A stretch of 63,512 nucleotides of DNA, the filler included, from Octopus bimaculoides (lineage: Eukaryota), in the NCBI RefSeq assembly GCF_001194135.2. It is 5 parts of 5 records of this genome, joined end to end, with 100 filler letters (N's around TTAATTAATTAA, not from the genome) between each part and the next. Parts side by side here need not be neighbours in the genome. Positions count along the whole stretch, not along the records: positions 49,756 to 53,640 come from NC_068988.1; positions 53,741 to 63,512 come from NC_068987.1; 3 more parts are not named here. The stretch is one strand, 5' to 3'. The stretch's first letter is position 1. Each line of letters begins with the position of its first letter. Position numbers and translations under genes: made by a program. Under the pieces are notes generated by a model. It ran no database searches and was not told the DNA's origin. It saw only the letters and a list, made by a program, of their open reading frames with translations. Positions 50,450 to 62,150 of this stretch are shown here, one piece after another.

Positions 50450-52893
50450 TAAAGGAGCTGTTGTGGTAGCAGACCACGAAACATGGTTGAAATTCCTCTT
50501 CCTAGTTTTGCAACAATCAGCATACGCTCTGATATTGTAACTTTTGTTAATAAATATATCAATTTCGAAACCTGGTTGCACTTGAGATCCTTGCGTACGG
50601 AACTGGTATAATTTCGTGAACCGAATTTGCAATTCTGTGTGCGATCATCAGTTATTGTATCTGTTTACGCTAACACGAATTCTTAGTGACATTGGGAAAG
50701 AAAGATTGAAGGTGCAATACTTGTTCGTTGTTTCTCCTTGTGCTGTTCATGGCCCCTATATGTGACGTATGTGAAAGTGTGCTACTGAGTGATTAGAGTG
50801 TTGCACTATGTTTCAGATCTGAGACCGGTGGTGCTTTGTGTTTTGTGGGAAATATTTCACGTTGCTGTAGTCCACGTAGCTGTATATGGTTAACCCTGTG
50901 ACGGGATCCATCGAGGGGGAAATTAGCCAGCTCACCTGCCCTGTAGGCTGGTATTATTTCAAGGCTATGCACTGAAGTACCTTGTGACCAGCGGTGTATA
51001 GCCATATCTCACAATCTAGCCGATACCGTGATATGTCACATATAAGGCGGCAAATTGGCAGAGCCGTTAGAGTGTCACATTGCAAGTCTTGCTCTATTTG
51101 TTCTAACTCCCTATGGTTTGAGTGGAAATCTCGTGGAGGTCAACTTCACCCTTCATCTATTTCTTTCAGGGCCGATAAATAATGTATTTATCTCAGGTGG
51201 TCGAAGATGGGCAAAACTGCTAGTACACAAGAGGTAATTCATTGCGGTTTCTTATTTGGCTCTTGTGTTCTAACGGCAACACATGCAACGACACAAGTGC
51301 TATATGGTTTCCTTTCAACGACATCAGTGGCATAGAGAAAGCAGATTGCATACACGAGTGAGCTATAAATATCCTTGCACGGAATGCGCTTTAGTAGATA
51401 TATTATACATTCCTAGTATATATCCCATCCCTGACATAACAACACATAAGAAACCAATGTAATGGTCGGGGTGACGAATTAAATAGAACATCCACGTCTA
51501 AGTGAGGATAGATTTTACCTCTCGGTATTAATACTACCTCTGTCGCAAATAAATAATTTTTAACACTCTAACTGACTAACCGCGACACCAGCGCCTTTTC
51601 TGGCACTGTCAGTCTATATATCGCTGACGGGAGAGGACTCAATGCTGTTTCTAGCGGTCGAATGTCTATCATTGACAAGAAATCACGCAATCTGGTAGCC
51701 TCGGGGCTGAATGTAGCGCGGATATATCTCCTCGCTAGCAATATAAACAAGAGTACATTTTGCACCAAAAGCCAATGTGAGAGTTTCTCTCATGGTATCT
51801 ACCACAGTATAATTTGCTCTTAATAGAACATCCACCTTTAAGTGAGAATAAAAAATTACGTTCTAGTTTAGTTATGGAGAACCAGACTCTGTCTACTGAC
51901 ATGTATACTCAATTTTGATCCTAGTTGATGGATTTATATTTTCACACGTCAGTAAGGCATATTATAATTTTACATAACAAACAATCAACATCAATTGTAT
52001 GTAGTCTTTGTCGTTGTTTTTCTGAAGTTAGCTTCCACTGCAAAACTTACGACCAAATATGTCCCATCTGCGATCATCCGTACTTATTTTACACGAAGTA
52101 TATCTAGTATTATATTACCTGTTGTGCTCTTTTAAAAGATTGTAGGGTGTAGTTTTAGACAGATTTAGCTGCCAACAATAGCTTGATGAAATTCGTAAAT
52201 TGGCTCTCAGTATTACCAATCATGTTTAAGGTGAGGTGATAATTATATTTAGTCAATATGTTGCTTATAATACTATGATCTTTTGCGATCTTTTTCTGAA
52301 ACCGTTTGATGATAATAGAGGTATCTATCCCTCTTCGGCCGCGTACTCTCTACCCAATCTGGTATCCAAATTCGAATTTTTTTCTTCCATCAAACAGATG
52401 TGTTCATTATTTTGAAAAAAGCAGAAATTATATCCTGCTGCTGTTGACATTAATATTACACGGAGTGGTGTTAACAAGAGACTTTCTACGAGGTCGAATT
52501 GTTCGCTAAAAATAGTAGCCAAATCTGTTTTTGTTAGCAACTTACAATATTGAATAACATTGCCTTACTGATTATGTCGTGTCTGAAAGAAAACAAATTG
52601 GGACGTCCATAAGCGAAAAAAATTTAGTCGTACGTCAGCTGAGTCAGGACTGGCAACAAAGACAACAACAAAAACAACAGGGGCAGCAGCAGCAGCAATT
52701 ACTGCTACATAATGATAAAGTAATATCCGGGTATAAATCTACTGACATGTTCAATTATATCAAGCTTTATGTCAATACCGTTCGCAGATACCAAAGAGGG
52801 AATCTCTACATGCTCGATAGACGCACAAGAAATAGGACTTCTCGTCGTGCGCGCACACACTCACAAACACACACACATAAACATACACATATA

Positions 52894-53054
52894 GTTGCAG
52901 GTGTAGTTGTGTAGAAAGAAGCTTGCTTCCCAACCATATTGTTCCGAGTTCAGTCCCTCTGCGTTACACTTGGGCAAGCGTCTTCTGCTATAGTCTCGAG
53001 CCAACCAAAGCTTTGTGAGTGAAATTGGAAGACGGAATCTGAAAGAAGTCCGCC

Positions 53055-53101
<47 letters not shown>

Positions 53102-53200
53102 ATATTTGTGTATGTATATATTTGTCTGTTTTGGTCCCCCACCAGCACTTGACAACCGTTATTGGTGTGTTTACGTTCCCGTAACTTTTAGAATAAGTAC
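52894..53200 (+). mobile_element. Family B SINE
   Basis: GAAGCTTGCTTCCCAACCAT..GAGTTCAGTCCC..CTTGGGCAAGCGTC..(TA)n..GACAACCG..GAATAAGTAC. Confidence 0.88.
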
Positions 53201-53271
53201 AAAGCTTGAAAATGCAATGAGTATTAGGATCGATCATGACCACCGTCTAAAGACTGAAATATATATATACA

Positions 53272-53640
53272 TTGAGCGGTGTTCCACAAGGAACTGTTCT
53301 GGGGCCACTACTGTTCATAGTGGCCCTTCTGGACATGCCCACGGTCACTCGGAGAGCCACTGTCACTAGCTATGCTGATGGCACAAAGATATCTCAGGCA
53401 ATAAAGAATCCTGATAATATTGTAAGCCTGCAGAATGACCTAAATGCAATATATGAGTGGACAGAGCAAAATAATATGCAGTTCAATGCAAAAAAATTTC
53501 AAGTACTGCGCTACAAGACCACAAGTACCTCCGAACTGGCATACACAGGGCCTGGAGGTACTGCAATCCCAGAACCACAAACAGTAAGAGATCTGAGCAT
53601 CAACATGTGTAGTGATGCATCATTTCACATGCACATTGTC
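53272..53640 (+). mobile_element. 5'-truncated CR1/L2-type LINE reverse-transcriptase fragment
   Basis: SGVPQGTVLGPLLF..YADGT (catalytic YADD mutated)..LQNDLNAIYEW..NNMQFNAKK..VRDL; ends at a gap. Confidence 0.92.
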
Positions 53641-53740
53641 NNNNNNNNNNNNNNNNNNNNNNNNNNNNNNNNNNNNNNNNNNNNTTAATTAATTAANNNN
53701 NNNNNNNNNNNNNNNNNNNNNNNNNNNNNNNNNNNNNNNN

Positions 53741-53790
<50 letters not shown>

Positions 53791-53791
<1 letters not shown>

Positions 53792-53920
53792 ACAGGCTTC
53801 TTTCAGTTTTTGTCTACCAAATCCACTCACAATGTTTTGGTCAGACCAAGGCTATAATAGAAGACACTTACCCAAAGTGCCACGCAGTAGGACTAAACCT
53901 TGAACCATGTGGTTGGGAAG
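53791..53920 (-). mobile_element. Family B SINE, 5' half
   Basis: CAGGCTTCTTTCAGTTT..AAATCCACTCAC..GAAGACACTTACCCAAAGTGCCACGCAGT..GAACCATGTGGTTGGGAAG. Confidence 0.88.
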
Positions 53921-53983
53921 GTGTTGCACGTAGAATAATAATCCTAGTGTGTTTTGATTTTGATTTTAATTTTTGTTGATCAG

Positions 53984-54283
53984 GTGTCCAACTTGCAGAA
54001 AGGAGACATGTTTGCCATACCATTCAGTTGATTCCTTGCCAACTGACCACAGAATCATCCAAATGATGGACTTTCTGTCTGTGCAACAAACAGATCTTAG
54101 GTTGAAGAGTCAGTGTATGAAACATGGTAACCAACCAGTGTATTTTTTCTGCAGCAAGTGCAGACTTCCAGTTTGCCAAGACTGTACCATTTTTGACCAT
54201 AATGAACAAGATGGTCATATCATTACAGACTTAAAAACCGAGTTGGAGAGTAGCGCAGAACGTTTCACAGAAATTGGTAAACG
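53984..54283 (+). CDS. TRIM/RBCC-type protein, internal exon: RING C-terminal CxxC plus B-box type 2
   Basis: RCPTCRKET..LPTDHRIIQMMDFL, then CMKH-x8-CSKC-x4-CQDC-x4-H-x5-H. Acceptor TTTTGTTGATCAG; donor CG|GTACGT; phase 2 matches the next exon. Confidence 0.9.
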
Positions 54284-54879
54284 GTACGTAAACTTTTATA
54301 TTTGTTCTTTCAAATCTAAATCCTCTTGTTGTTCTTTAACTTCAGATCAGCCCTGATTGAATAAATTTATGACGAATGTCAGTCCAGATGTGACCATCCT
54401 GTCTTTTATCTTTTCATATTTAGATCGAGTATATAGCAGATAGCACTCTTGAATATATCATCTTTTTAAGAGTGTCATATGAAGGAAGGATTAACTGCTA
54501 TTTCTAGCAGATTGTGTTCCACATAGAAGCTTCCTCATTAGCTTGTTGTTGTTTAGCCTCAAATCAACTTTGATTGTGATGACCTATGTCCAAAGCCATT
54601 CTTTTTGTGACTATCTCATCTTTGTGGTTGACAAAGTGAATTTAGGACTACATTATGAACATGGCCTTGTTTTTAAAATAGTTAGATATGAAGGATATTT
54701 GTTTACTATTTCTAGCAGGTCAAGTGACCATGTAGAGATTTCCTTCTTGGCGTGATATTTTATTGTTTTTCTTTCCTTTAAGTGGGGGCCACAACATAAG
54801 TGAAAATTGTCAGTCAAACTAAACCTTGCTAAGGGGTTTTACCCTAAGACATAACTGTTTCGTATTTAGACACAAGACC

Positions 54880-55035
54880 AATAATGTTGGAAAGCAGGAT
54901 GTCAGTTAATTCCATCAACCCCAGTACTTAACTGGTACTTCATTTTACCAACTTTGGAGAAATGAAAGACACAGTTGACCTTGGTGGAATTTGAACTTGG
55001 AATGTAGGGAACTGAAAGAAATACCGCAAGGTATT
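54880..55035 (-). mobile_element. Family A SINE in TRIM intron
   Basis: CCCCAGTACTTAACTGGTACTT..GACCTTGGTGGAATTTGAACTTGGAATGT. Confidence 0.75.
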
Positions 55036-55359
55036 TTCTAACATCATCATCATCATTTAGCCCTTTTGTTGCCATATTTCTGCTGAAATACACTGCTTTT
55101 GTTTCAATTAATTTTTTAAATAATGAAGGCTTAGGCAGGGTGGGTATTTCAGAGGGATGACATTCTGAGGAAGAAGGACTGAGAAGAATGGTAAATGAGA
55201 ACTTTTTAATAACACATTCATGTCTGCATGAAATAAAGAAGCTAGGAATAATAATGCAATTTCTTTTCCAAGTGTTTTTATGTTTATTTTATATATAGGT
55301 TTGTGGTTTAGCTCCTTGTTCTAGAGGTGCTGTCATAGAGTCTTTGTTTGTGTTTCTAG

Positions 55360-56000
55360 GTGCCAAGAATGCATCAAGTCTGCACGAGAGATGATAAATG
55401 GCCACACAACAGCTTCCAAGAGACTTGATGTCATTGAGAAACAGATTAAGTGTATCATAAAGGAAACCTTCATCGAGTACCGTCTACTGCTTGAGAAAAG
55501 GGAAAAAGCACTTGCAGAAAAGGCCACTGAGATGATACGAGAGCAGAAGTCCAAAAAAGACAGTAGGTTTGAAGAGCCAGATTTGACTGAAGATTCTTTA
55601 GAGCGCCACAAGAGGTCCTTTCCAAAAGTCAGAAGGGGGTCGAATGATATGTTTCGTTTTTTCAACATTGAAAAGGAAATTGATAGCATCATCAAAAAAG
55701 ATGAAGCAACAGACAGCGATGACACAGATGATAAACACTCGCAGACCACAAGTCTGGAGAGATACAATGAGGTGCAACTCACCGATGAACTGAACAGTCT
55801 TGACCAGGTTATTATGCAGCTGGATCCAACTCTGAAGAATCCATTGCATATGATGGAACCACCAAGGACAAGCAAATTCGAAGACAAAAGCGTTGCCACA
55901 TATCCTGTGAGGGATGCTGAAAGTGGAGAACATCTGAACATGACTATGAAAGAGAAACTGGAATCTTATGAAAATTGGATCAGCCAAGCTGCAACATTGG
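55360..56000 (+). CDS. TRIM/RBCC-type protein exon: coiled coil and acidic linker
   Basis: 641-nt stop-free exon; acceptor TTTGTTTGTGTTTCTAG in phase 2; heptad-rich RLDVIEKQIKCIIKETFIEYRLLLEKREKALAEK; donor G|GTAAGT. Confidence 0.88.
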
Positions 56001-56045
56001 GTAAGTTGCTTTTCCCTTCTTTGAATGGCAGAATGGTTAAATTAA

Positions 56046-56266
56046 CCCTTTAGCATTTAAACTGGTTATATTTGACCAAAATATTCAACCCGTTTTGTGT
56101 TCAAACCAGCCAAACCTGGCCTCTCACACTTACCCTACCATGCCATTCTAAAAGTAAACAATCACATCATCAAAATTTCACAGCTATAAGAGAATGCATG
56201 ATTAATAAAAAAACAATTTGAATAAATAAGCTTCACATTTGACAAAGTAATCTGAATGTTAAAGGG
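56046..56266. mobile_element. piggyBac-like MITE with TTAA TSD
   Basis: TTAA|CCCTTTAGCATTTAAA ... TCTGAATGTTAAAGGG|TTAA. Confidence 0.88.
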
Positions 56267-56599
56267 TTAAAAAGTTTGATACCTGTGGAATACTCAGCCA
56301 GTTCACATGCTAATTCAATGAATGGGTTATCCACTCCATAAAACAAATGAATTTTCATGAAGTTGAATTTGACACAAAAGTTCATCATTGGTAAATATGT
56401 ATTCCTTTGTTTAATGTGACTGGGGAGGGGGTGTTGATTGGAAGAAGATTCAGCTGCTATTTATTGCAACTTGTTTAAGCTCCTTCATTGATTCCATGAA
56501 ATGGAGTGTGAGTCAAATGTAAGTGATTATTTTCACTTAGCATTCATTAATGATGATTAACCTGAATTAGCAAATTAGACATGTAGTCAGTTATGTTTA

Positions 56600-56760
56600 G
56601 ATGTGATAATCATCTTCATTATCATCATTCCTATCATCATCACTACCACCGTCATCACCGTCATCATTGTCATCATCATCATCATCACCACCACCACCAC
56701 ATTATCATCACATCATCATCATCACTGCCACCACCATCATAAGCAGTAGCAGCAGAAACA
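56600..56760. repeat. Degenerate (CAT)n/(CAC)n microsatellite
   Basis: Direct reading. Confidence 0.9.
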
Positions 56761-57049
56761 TTATCAATAGTATTCAGTAATTATCAGCTCGGGATTCTTT
56801 TAGTTAATCCGGATCTTTTTTAAAACGGGGGCCACATTTTTCATTAACGAAACACTTTGAAACTTGGAACACTGGTAGAATGTGTCATATAAAACATCTT
56901 TTTCTCTTAGTCTTCTTAAAAAAAAGAGAAATCCATAAATTATTCCATGTTAAAGTTGTCGTATTTCTGTAATTTCAACCAATCACTGACGTCCATTCAG
57001 CCGATATACATTAAGCGTCGACTACATAAACAAACGATTCTGAAACAAT

Positions 57050-57104
57050 TAACCCTAACTCTAACCCTAACCCTAACTCTTGGGTTAGGGTTAGGGTTAG
57101 GGTT
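57050..57104. repeat. Interstitial telomere-type repeats in inverted arrangement, (TAACCC)~5 then (GGGTTA)~4
   Basis: TAACCCTAACTCTAACCCTAACCCTAACTCT-TGGGTTAGGGTTAGGGTTAGGGTT. Confidence 0.9.
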
Positions 57105-57562
57105 CAAGCAAATTTAAAATGAAAAAAGCAAATAAAACNNNNNNNNNNNNNNNNNNNNNNNNNNNNNNNNNNNNNNNNNNNNNNNNNNNNNNNNNNNNNN
57201 NNNNNNNNNNNNNNNNNNNNNNNNNNNNNNNNNNNNNNNNNNNNNNNNNNNNNNNNNNNNNNNNNNNNNNNNNNNNNNNNNNNNNNNNNNNNNNNNNNNN
57301 NNNNNNNNNNNNNNNNNNNNNNNNNNNNNNNNNNNNNNNNNNNNNNNNNNNNNNNNNNNNNNNNNNNNNNNNNNNNNNNNNNNNNNNNNNNNNNNNNNNN
57401 NNNNNNNNNNNNNNNNNNNNNNNNNNNNNNNNNNNNNNNNNNNNNNNNNNNNNNNNNNNNNNNNNNNNNNNNNNNNNNNNNNNNNNNNNNNNNNNCAAAA
57501 TATCATAAACCAAAAGCCTATTACTTAGGCACGCATTTTTGTTTTAAATAAGAAACTTCAGC

Positions 57563-57932
57563 CAGCCAATGGCCCAGTGGTTAGGGCAGCGGACTCGCGG
57601 TTTCGATTCCCAGACCGGGCGTTGTGAGTGTTTATTGAGCGAAAACACCCAAAGTTCCACGAGGTTCTGGCAGGGTATGGTGGCGAACCCTGCTATACTC
57701 TTTCATCACAACTTTCTCTCACTCTTACTTCCTGTTTCTGTTGTGCCTGTAATTCAAAGGGCCAGCCTTGTCACACTGTGTCACGCTGAATCTCCCCGAG
57801 AACTACGTTAAGGGTACACTTGTCTGTGGAGTGCTCAGCCACTTGCACGTTAATTTCACGAGCAGGCTGTTCCGTTGATCGGATCAACTGGAACCCTCGA
57901 CGTCGTAACTGCCAACAACAACAACAACAACA
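57563..57932 (+). mobile_element. Full-length tRNA-type SINE, family C, with (AAC)n tail
   Basis: A-box-like TGGCCCAGTGG, B-box-like GGTTTCGATTCCC, body homologous to 9066-9381, CAA-repeat tail. Confidence 0.92.
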
Positions 57933-58101
57933 TACTGTATGAACAATGGGGGTGTTTTAATGCAACTACTCAGCCTGCCAGAAATTAATTTTACATATTC
58001 CTTGATACGTTTGTTTCGTTTATTTTTATATTTTTGTTTATTCAGCCTTGAAAAAGCTTCAATATTCTATTTTTGCATCTATTTTGTTTCCAATATTACA
58101 G

Positions 58102-58169
58102 AACGTCGGCGAACTTTGTTAACGTCGGTGAAACAAGACAACAGGCAGCACCAAGGGGAGGTAATCTAA
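58102..58169 (+). CDS. Probable next (possibly terminal) exon of the TRIM gene: ERRRTLLTSVKQDNRQHQGE(VI*)
   Basis: Strong acceptor TTTTGTTTCCAATATTACAG; open in the phase-1 frame required by the preceding exon; either donor GAG|GTAATC at 58160 or stop TAA at 58167-58169. Confidence 0.55.
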
Positions 58170-58440
58170 CCAGCTAGCAGGATAAGGACGAGAGTAGCTG
58201 AGATGGAATGTAATTCAACGACATATGTGCGAGATGAAGATAGAAAGTCATATAGATTTTTGTTTAGATTTAAAAAAAAAAAAAACCTCACCTTCTTCCA
58301 TACAAAACGAAAAAAAAAATAAAAGAAAGAAACGACTGAAACTTTCTTGATTTAAAATTTAACCTAGTATGGTTGAGTTGTTTCCCTTCCATCTTTCAAG
58401 TTCTACATATACATTAAACACACACACACACACACACACA

Positions 58441-58486
<46 letters not shown>

Positions 58487-58489
<3 letters not shown>

Positions 58490-58810
58490 GCATAACTCAA
58501 CTTATGTTAGAAATTCGTTTAAAAAAAAATGGCGTAACATGAAAAAAAATTTCCAATACTTATCAGCTTATATCCAATTTGATGAATAGTTTGTATATAT
58601 TTTTACATGTATTTTATTTGATTTTCCACTTCAGTATTGATTTTTAGATGTTTTTTTTAATTTTTTATGCTTTTAAGTATGTTCACTACATAAAGTTAGA
58701 TAAATCAACTGAAGTTAAAGTCTTTTTTTTTTCATTAATTTCTTTAAAAAAAATAGAGTGTAAAGTTTAAAAAGACATAACTCAAAGCAACACAAGTTGA
58801 AGTATGCCCG
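58487..58810. mobile_element. Tigger/pogo-like MITE with TA TSD
   Basis: TA|CAGGCATAACTCAACTT ... AAGTTGAAGTATGCCCG|TA. Confidence 0.7.
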
Positions 58811-59219
58811 TATGTGTTTATGTGTGTGTGTGTGTGTACTTTTTGTTTGTGCATTAAGGCTACCATTAGTTTCATGTCAAGAAAATATCTTAATATCTTA
58901 AACAATTTTTCAAGTCAATCATATGGAAACAAACTCCAATTTCTCCATGTGATTGCTTTGAAAATTTGTTAAGATATGAAGGTATTTTATTGATATGAAA
59001 CCAATGGTAGCCTTAATAAACAAATAAAGAATCTTTATCCATGAATGCAGTATTGAACACTTATTCTCATTGTTCAACATTTACACGTGTGTGTGTGTGT
59101 GTAATATTAGGGATAAAATCCAAAATTACAGGTAAAAACTCAATTAATTATTAATTTTTCTATATGTGACAGTGGATTTTCATCGATGAGTTCATGAACC
59201 TTGGTTCTTTTCCCTAAAA

Positions 59220-59251
<32 letters not shown>

Positions 59252-59336
59252 TTATATTGGGTTGATGGTATAAACAGGAGAAATAGAACTCAATACACAA
59301 AATAAAGAGTAGAGTATATGCATTTCTTATGTATTA

Positions 59337-59685
59337 GCTATAAAGCTAAATAAGTGACTCAAAGGCCTACAGTTTCAAGCCTACACTTATCACAAAGGCC
59401 TACACTTATCACAATAGCCAAAAAAAACCTCAGATCTGTGAGGTGTAGATGTGGATTTATTAAAAAAAACACTGAGATATATGAACCCATATCACAGCAA
59501 GATATGCAAAAGAAGGACTGTGTTGCCAAAAACAAAAAGCAGAGAAATTCATGGAACTGCAATTAAATACACTAACAATTGCACCAACACCGCTGCCCCA
59601 TCCTGGCCACAGTATTTGGTTGAAACAAGTAAAAGTATAATGCATGAAACTTTTAGTCCTTGAGTCACTTATGTAGCTTTACAGT
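59337..59685. mobile_element. Unclassified MITE with ~28-bp TIRs
   Basis: GCTATAAAGCTAAATAAGTGACTCAAAGG versus reverse complement ACTGTAAAGCTACATAAGTGACTCAAGG; TA-rich flanks. Confidence 0.75.
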
Positions 59686-61419
59686 TTATATATATGTATA
59701 TATTTACAGCTTTGGATAGTAAATCTTTCATTAACAGTATTTTTTTATGGAATTTTGACTAGACTGCATAAGGAACTTTGATATTCAATTAAATAAAAGA
59801 TGAAATCTTATAATTCTTTTCCCCTGAATCCTACTACTTAGCATCTGTATATTAATATGCAAAGATCAAATGTGTGATGTTCTCATGTGGTTAATTGAAG
59901 GGAGAGGTAAAAAGAGAGAAGAGTGTTAGTGGTGAGAGCCAGGAGAAAGGGATTGCTATTATGTTATGTGGTTAAATAGGGAGTTGAAGGAAAAGGTATA
60001 GTGACAGAGAAACAGAACGTATTTAGAAGGATGTATAGTTGTAAGGAGAATCAAAGAGAGAGAGACAGTGTGTATGTCTGTCTTGGTACATGGTTTTAAA
60101 TGTTGTATCATAGAATATTGTGACAGACAATAACAATAAAACTTTAATTGTTGTTACAGGTCTTAATGTTCAGACATTTCTATATCTTGTGGCCATTGAC
60201 AGATAGAAAGATGGATGACTAGATTATATTGAATGACAGTTAAATTAAAGGTTGTGACCATGCTGGGGCATTATTTAGTTTGTTTGTTTTTTGTTATTAG
60301 GTTTAAATGCTTATCTGTATTGTCAGAGTAGACAGATGCATGCAACAAGAAAGGAAAAGTAGATATGACAGAGAGACAAGTAGGTATGTAGATCAATAGA
60401 TATACAGTTAGATAAAAAGATAGTTGAACTGAAATGGAAATAATGTTGGACTAAGTTTTGTGAAATAAACAGGCTTTCAATTTCCCACAGATATCAGAAT
60501 ATTCAGAACAAGTCATTCTTTTAAATAGTCGTACCACTAAATTTGTTAAAGTGAACTTTTATGTGGTGTGTGTGTGCATATGATATTATCTTTAAGCATG
60601 TAAATTTCTTTCTTAAATTAAAATTTACTTAATAATTAATTTCAACTGCTCTTTATTTAGTTTAAAGAAATTAATTCTGAATTTTTAAAAATTATCTTCC
60701 TTTGCTTTGAGAGTTGCTAACAATTGCCAATGGCTATTACTTTTCTTTATTCAATTAAGAGGCAAGTTTCAATTTTAGTTCAATTTTTTTTTATATAATA
60801 TTCAGTTTATCAGCTTTCAATTTAATTATCCAAATTCATGCCATTTGTCCAGTTGAGTTATTTCCCTCATTAGCTCATTTTATTTATTTATTTATTTATT
60901 TTTAAGTATAAAAAAACAGACCTTATTGCTTTGATGAAATAGTATCTGCTGTGGGTATTGAAAATTCATCAGAATAAATAATTGTATAAAACAGTCAGTT
61001 TATATCATATACAATATAATTAACATTCTCCTTGTTGCAGAGAAAAAAATCAAAAAAAAAAAATCAATAATAATATATTAGAAAATAAATAGAGAATATG
61101 GTTGTGCATAAAATAATAATCCAGGTATACCACTGATGATCCAACACTTCCTCTAATCTGGATATGAATAATTCTGTGAAGTCACTTGCATATCCCACAA
61201 CCATTATAAATAACATTTTCTCCATCAAAGTTTCATGAAACACTTTAGTTTATTCGCTGGTAACATACTGTGGTGGAACCACCCTCCTTTCTTCTAGTAA
61301 TAATAATTATGAAAGTGAAAATACTGAAAACATGTGCTAACCCACTAGAAAATGATATCACAAAACATAAGTGATGAGCATGTTAATTAATAGATACCTT
61401 TACTGCAGTGAATATAATT

Positions 61420-61625
61420 AAGGTGGCAAGCTGGCAGAATCATTAGCACAATGGACAATATTTTTAGTAGTATTTTCTCTGTCTTTGCTTTCTGAGTTCA
61501 AATTCTACTGAGGTTGACTTTGCCTTGCAACCTTTCAGAGTTGATAAAATAAGTATCTGTTGAGTACTAGTCTCAATGTAATTGACTCTCCTGAACTTGC
61601 TGGCCTTGTGCCAACATTTGAAATC
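61420..61625 (+). mobile_element. Family A SINE (degenerate)
   Basis: AAGGTGGCAAGCTGGCAGAATCATTAGC..CTGAGTTCAAATTCTACTGAGGTTGACTTTGCC..GCTGGCCTTGTGCCAACATTTGAAATC. Confidence 0.85.
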
Positions 61626-61669
61626 AATATAATGTCCAGATTGAAAGAAGAAAATCCAAAGTTAAATAT

Positions 61670-62150
61670 ATGCTGTTGATGTCATGAGAATTAATAAACT
61701 TTTGAGAGACTGTGAAATAATTCTTTTATGGAACTGGACCTCAAAGCACTTGCATAAAGCTTTAAACAATGGCATGTAAATATTGGTTTGAAAAACCCAT
61801 TTGGACAGAAAATGTTGAAGGCTATCCATGGGATTCAAACTCACATCTTCAGCAGACACAACAAGCTTTCTATCATTGGACAAAGCAATCCTTTGAATTT
61901 CTCTATCCATTTCAGAAACTATATTCTTACCAGAGAGAATTGTGTGTTGTTGATATCACAAGAATGTATAAACTTTTGAAAGAAGATGAAACAATTCCTA
62001 TTTGGAACTGGATCTCGAAGTACAAAGCTGTAAATAAAAGCATGCAAATATAAGTTTGAAAAACCTTTTCGGATGGAAAAAGTCAAAAGCTGTCTATGGA
62101 ACATGAACCCACATCTCTTGTAGGGGCAGCCTTCAACTTTTTATATCCAA
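61670..62150. repeat. Old diverged tandem duplication, period about 274 bp
   Basis: ATAAACTTTTGAGAGACTGTGAAATAATTC..GGAACTGGACCTCAAAG (61694) versus ATAAACTTTTGAAAGAAGATGAAACAATTC..GGAACTGGATCTCGAAG (61968). Confidence 0.8.

Noticed and set aside
52060-52107. CPICDH as the RING start
   Set aside because: No AG acceptor, and a stop follows within 10 codons without further ligands.
52579-52914. Poly-Q ORF upstream of the TRIM exons
   Set aside because: Driven by (CAA)/(CAG) repeats, runs into (CA)n and a SINE, and has no ATG start or domain.
57050-57104. Chromosome end-to-end fusion scar
   Set aside because: A fusion gives (TTAGGG)n then (CCCTAA)n; here the order is reversed and the block is only about 55 bp.
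61769-62053. 94-aa ORF as a further TRIM exon
   Set aside because: No fitting acceptor or recognisable domain, and it overlies a diverged tandem duplication.
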